64,000 nucleotides of DNA. It comes from Arcobacteraceae bacterium (GTDB taxonomy: Bacteria > Campylobacterota > Campylobacteria > Campylobacterales > Arcobacteraceae). The DNA is taken from contig CBDCZH010000010.1 of the NCBI GenBank assembly GCA_965224485.1, forward strand, positions 384,001-448,000, in the 5' to 3' direction. The translations under genes were made by a program, and so were the position numbers. The notes under the pieces are model-generated. The model had not been told where the DNA came from, did not search any database, and saw nothing but the letters and a program-made list of their open reading frames with translations. Positions 61,349-64,000 of the stretch are shown here, one piece after another (position 1 is the first letter of the stretch; the number at the start of each line of letters is the position of its first letter).

Positions 61349-62939
61349 TTTTAACCTTTGTTTCTATTGGAATATCAATTATAAATAAAGCACAATTTTC
61401 AAACTCTTCTTGATTTATTTTATAGAAAATATTCTTACATTTAATACTTCCTTGCATATGTTTTTCAATTATTTGCTTAGACATATATAATCCTATTCCT
61501 GTTCCTGCACTTTTGTATTTTGTTGTATAATATGGATCGAAAATTTGAGGTAAAATCTTTTCATCAATTCCCCCTCCATTATCATAAAAATGAATTCTAA
61601 CATTATCATGATGTTTTTTTATGACAATTTTAATCATCTTATTGCTTTTTATATCTTTTAAAACGTCTTTAGAGTTTGATATTATATTTAATATAACATG
61701 AGATAACTCATTATAATAACCATATATTTCTAAGTCATCTTTTATTATTAATTCAAATTTTATTTTCTCTTTTACTAGTAAATATTTTGATAATTCTAAA
61801 CTATGTTCAATACAAGCTTTTACATAAAAAACACTTTTATGCTTATTTGGGTCAAAAAAGTTTTGAAAGTCATCTAAAGTATTAGACATATTAGCACCTA
61901 ATTTCATAGCATCATTTACTTTCGCATCTATAAATTCACTACTTAACTTTCCTAAGCTATTTTTTGTTTCAAAGGCTTGTATAATCATCATTAGTGAGCC
62001 TAGAGGCTGTCTCCACTGATGAGCAATATTTTGAAGCATTTCTCCTAATGAAGCTAGCTTTGATTGCTGAAACATTATTAAATCTTTTTTTCTTGAGTTT
62101 GCTACTTCATTTTTAATTCTTGTTTCTAAGTGTTCATTTAACTTTTGCAACTCTTTTGTTTTTTCATTTACAGCATCTTCAAGACCATAATGAAGTTTTT
62201 TGAAGTTATTAATTAATAAAATTGATAAAACAATAGAAAACAAAAATACAAAAACAATAGAAAGATTTAAAATTTTAGTAAGAGCATTAAATACTTTTTG
62301 TGTATCTCTTTTCTCATCAATCGCCATATTTAAATCATATTTTGTTAAATTTGAGATATAAATATTAATTGAATTAATTTCAAAATACATTTGTTTTATC
62401 TCTTTAAAAGCTGTTTTATTATCTTTTTTATATAATAAACTTTTAATTAAATCAATTTTTTTATCAATTAAAAAGGCTCTTTTATCAATATTTTCTATGA
62501 TTTTTTTTCTTATTATTATGTCATTTTCACTATTTTTTGAATAAATATAAAAGAATTTATGTATTAGCTGGGATACTAAAGAAGGTTTATATAAATTATT
62601 AAAAATATTATACTTATATAAAGCCCAGTTTTTATTTATAAGTTGCTGTCCTAAAATAATTACATCATCCGCTTCTTCTATTGTTAGATACTGCTGTTCA
62701 ATATCAAAAAATGTATCAAAAATATTTATTTGATAGGTGTCTTTTATTTTTTCAAGTTTTATTATTGGTTTTGTTCTTTTCTCAAATAAAACATCAAAAT
62801 CATTTTTTAAAGCATAAATCGAGATTTGAGATAATAATATGATTGAAATCATTCCTGCTGTTATAATAAAAATTAAACCAGAAGTTTTATATGTAAAAGT
62901 TAGCTTATCAAAGAGTGCTAGCATTTTTTTAATTAGCAT
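61338..62939 (-). CDS. Sensor histidine kinase with helical periplasmic domain
   Basis: 2 TM segments, IAHQWRQPL, DNGGG, GTGIGL. Confidence 0.9.
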   Translation of the reverse strand: MLIKKMLALFDKLTFTYKTSGLIFIITAGMISIILLSQISIYALKNDFDVLFEKRTKPIIKLEKIKDTYQINIFDTFFDIEQQYLTIEEADDVIILGQQLINKNWALYKYNIFNNLYKPSLVSQLIHKFFYIYSKNSENDIIIRKKIIENIDKRAFLIDKKIDLIKSLLYKKDNKTAFKEIKQMYFEINSINIYISNLTKYDLNMAIDEKRDTQKVFNALTKILNLSIVFVFLFSIVLSILLINNFKKLHYGLEDAVNEKTKELQKLNEHLETRIKNEVANSRKKDLIMFQQSKLASLGEMLQNIAHQWRQPLGSLMMIIQAFETKNSLGKLSSEFIDAKVNDAMKLGANMSNTLDDFQNFFDPNKHKSVFYVKACIEHSLELSKYLLVKEKIKFELIIKDDLEIYGYYNELSHVILNIISNSKDVLKDIKSNKMIKIVIKKHHDNVRIHFYDNGGGIDEKILPQIFDPYYTTKYKSAGTGIGLYMSKQIIEKHMQGSIKCKNIFYKINQEEFENCALFIIDIPIETKVKNEK

Positions 62940-64000
62940 TAAAAACTTCTTTAAATTTATTTTCTTTATATTCAAAAATATATGTTTTATTTAATAATTG
63001 AGTATTTTTATATTGTGTTTCTAAATTACCTAATTGATTCTTATCCAGAGTTTTTAACTTATTTAAAAAACTACTTCTTGTTATTGCACCTTTTATATTT
63101 TTTAAAGCATTTACAAGAGATTTTGCACTTAAAAAAGACTCTAGTGAGATAAAACCTAAGGCTTGTTTGGGATAATATTTTTTCATTAATTTAGCATACT
63201 CTCTTACAACTACTAAGTTATTATTAGTATAAGAAGGTACAACTTGAGAAAATAAAACATTTTTAGTTTTAAAATTTAACTCTTTTATCATTTCATTTGC
63301 ATCACCAAATGAAATATTACAAAAAATAGTATTTTTAAATTCTTTAAATTTTTTAGCTTTTTTAATAAATAAGGCATTTGCTTTATATGCTCCTACCATT
63401 ATAACTGCCTGAGGTTTTGATTCTTTTATTTCTAATAATGCATGTCTAATTGCTAAAGTATTTCTTTTATATGTTCCTTCACCAACAAGATTTAATTTTT
63501 TTCTTTTTAGAGATTTTAGTAAAGAGACATAACCTTCTTCCCCATAATCATCATTTTGATAAAAAATAGCAAAATTATATACTCTTTTTGTTTTATATAA
63601 ATAAGTGACAACAGTATTAATCTCTTCTTGATAAGAAGATCTAAAATTTATTATATTTTTTCTCTCTTTTGCTCTTAAAAATGAAGCTCCCGTAAAAGCA
63701 GATATAAATGGAATTTGGCTTTCATCAATAATAGGTAGAATATTTTTAACAGTAGGTGTTCCTACAAAACCAAACAGTGCAAAAACCTTATCATCATTTA
63801 CTAAGGTATTTAAGTTCTCTAAGGTTAATTCTGGCTCATATTTATCATCATAACTTATTAGTTTTATCTTTCTGTCTTTTAATAGTTTTTGCTCATTTGC
63901 ATAAGAAAAATAAGAATTTGCACCTGCATAAACAGCCTTGCCCCAAGCTTGCATAATACCACTTTGTGGTAAAGAAGAACCAAATGTTATAGTTCTATTT
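62929..64000 (-). CDS. Type 1 periplasmic (branched-chain-like) binding protein, 5' end beyond the window
   Basis: YDDKYEP, FGFVGTPT, FTGASFLR, RSSY..E, FYQNDDYG; frame open to the window edge. Confidence 0.85.
   Translation of the reverse strand, partial: NRTITFGSSLPQSGIMQAWGKAVYAGANSYFSYANEQKLLKDRKIKLISYDDKYEPELTLENLNTLVNDDKVFALFGFVGTPTVKNILPIIDESQIPFISAFTGASFLRAKERKNIINFRSSYQEEINTVVTYLYKTKRVYNFAIFYQNDDYGEEGYVSLLKSLKRKKLNLVGEGTYKRNTLAIRHALLEIKESKPQAVIMVGAYKANALFIKKAKKFKEFKNTIFCNISFGDANEMIKELNFKTKNVLFSQVVPSYTNNNLVVVREYAKLMKKYYPKQALGFISLESFLSAKSLVNALKNIKGAITRSSFLNKLKTLDKNQLGNLETQYKNTQLLNKTYIFEYKENKFKEVFNAN

Noticed and set aside
1860..63956. Short antisense or overlapping ORFs in the track (e.g. 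1860-2054, 3944-4201, 8694-8954, 17973-18224, 20563-20925, 40119-40430, 44901-45236, 52133-52594, 63756-63956)
   Set aside because: They overlap well-supported genes and have shadow-frame composition with no motifs

Overview
AT-rich chromosomal window from a Campylobacterota bacterium, most likely Arcobacteraceae (inferred from ciaB, many Cache/SBP histidine kinases and gene style). In order it contains: ciaB and htpG with a CIRCE-like operator; a small decayed accessory patch (long palindrome, dead IS30 element, 3x61-bp repeats, MNT antitoxin plus HEPN remnant, 7-bp VNTR); a two-component system with a TRAP transporter and pxpABC (5-oxoproline use); c-di-GMP genes; two giant multi-SBP histidine kinases broken by homopolymer indels next to an HD-GYP regulator; a PIN-PhoH plus HD-phosphohydrolase pair; and a selenium cluster (selB, selA, selC, a selenocysteine-containing selD, a putative selenate ABC transporter). 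The most notable element is a ~7.3-kb island integrated at the 3' end of tRNA-Sec. It carries a P4-type integrase, AlpA and a small Rep_trans/gpII-like rolling-circle initiator preceded by a hairpin resembling the filamentous-phage f1 nick site. It has no recognisable primase, capsid or conjugation genes, so it is a candidate minimal rolling-circle satellite or mobilizable element. All calls come from reading the sequence and motifs; no searches were run.
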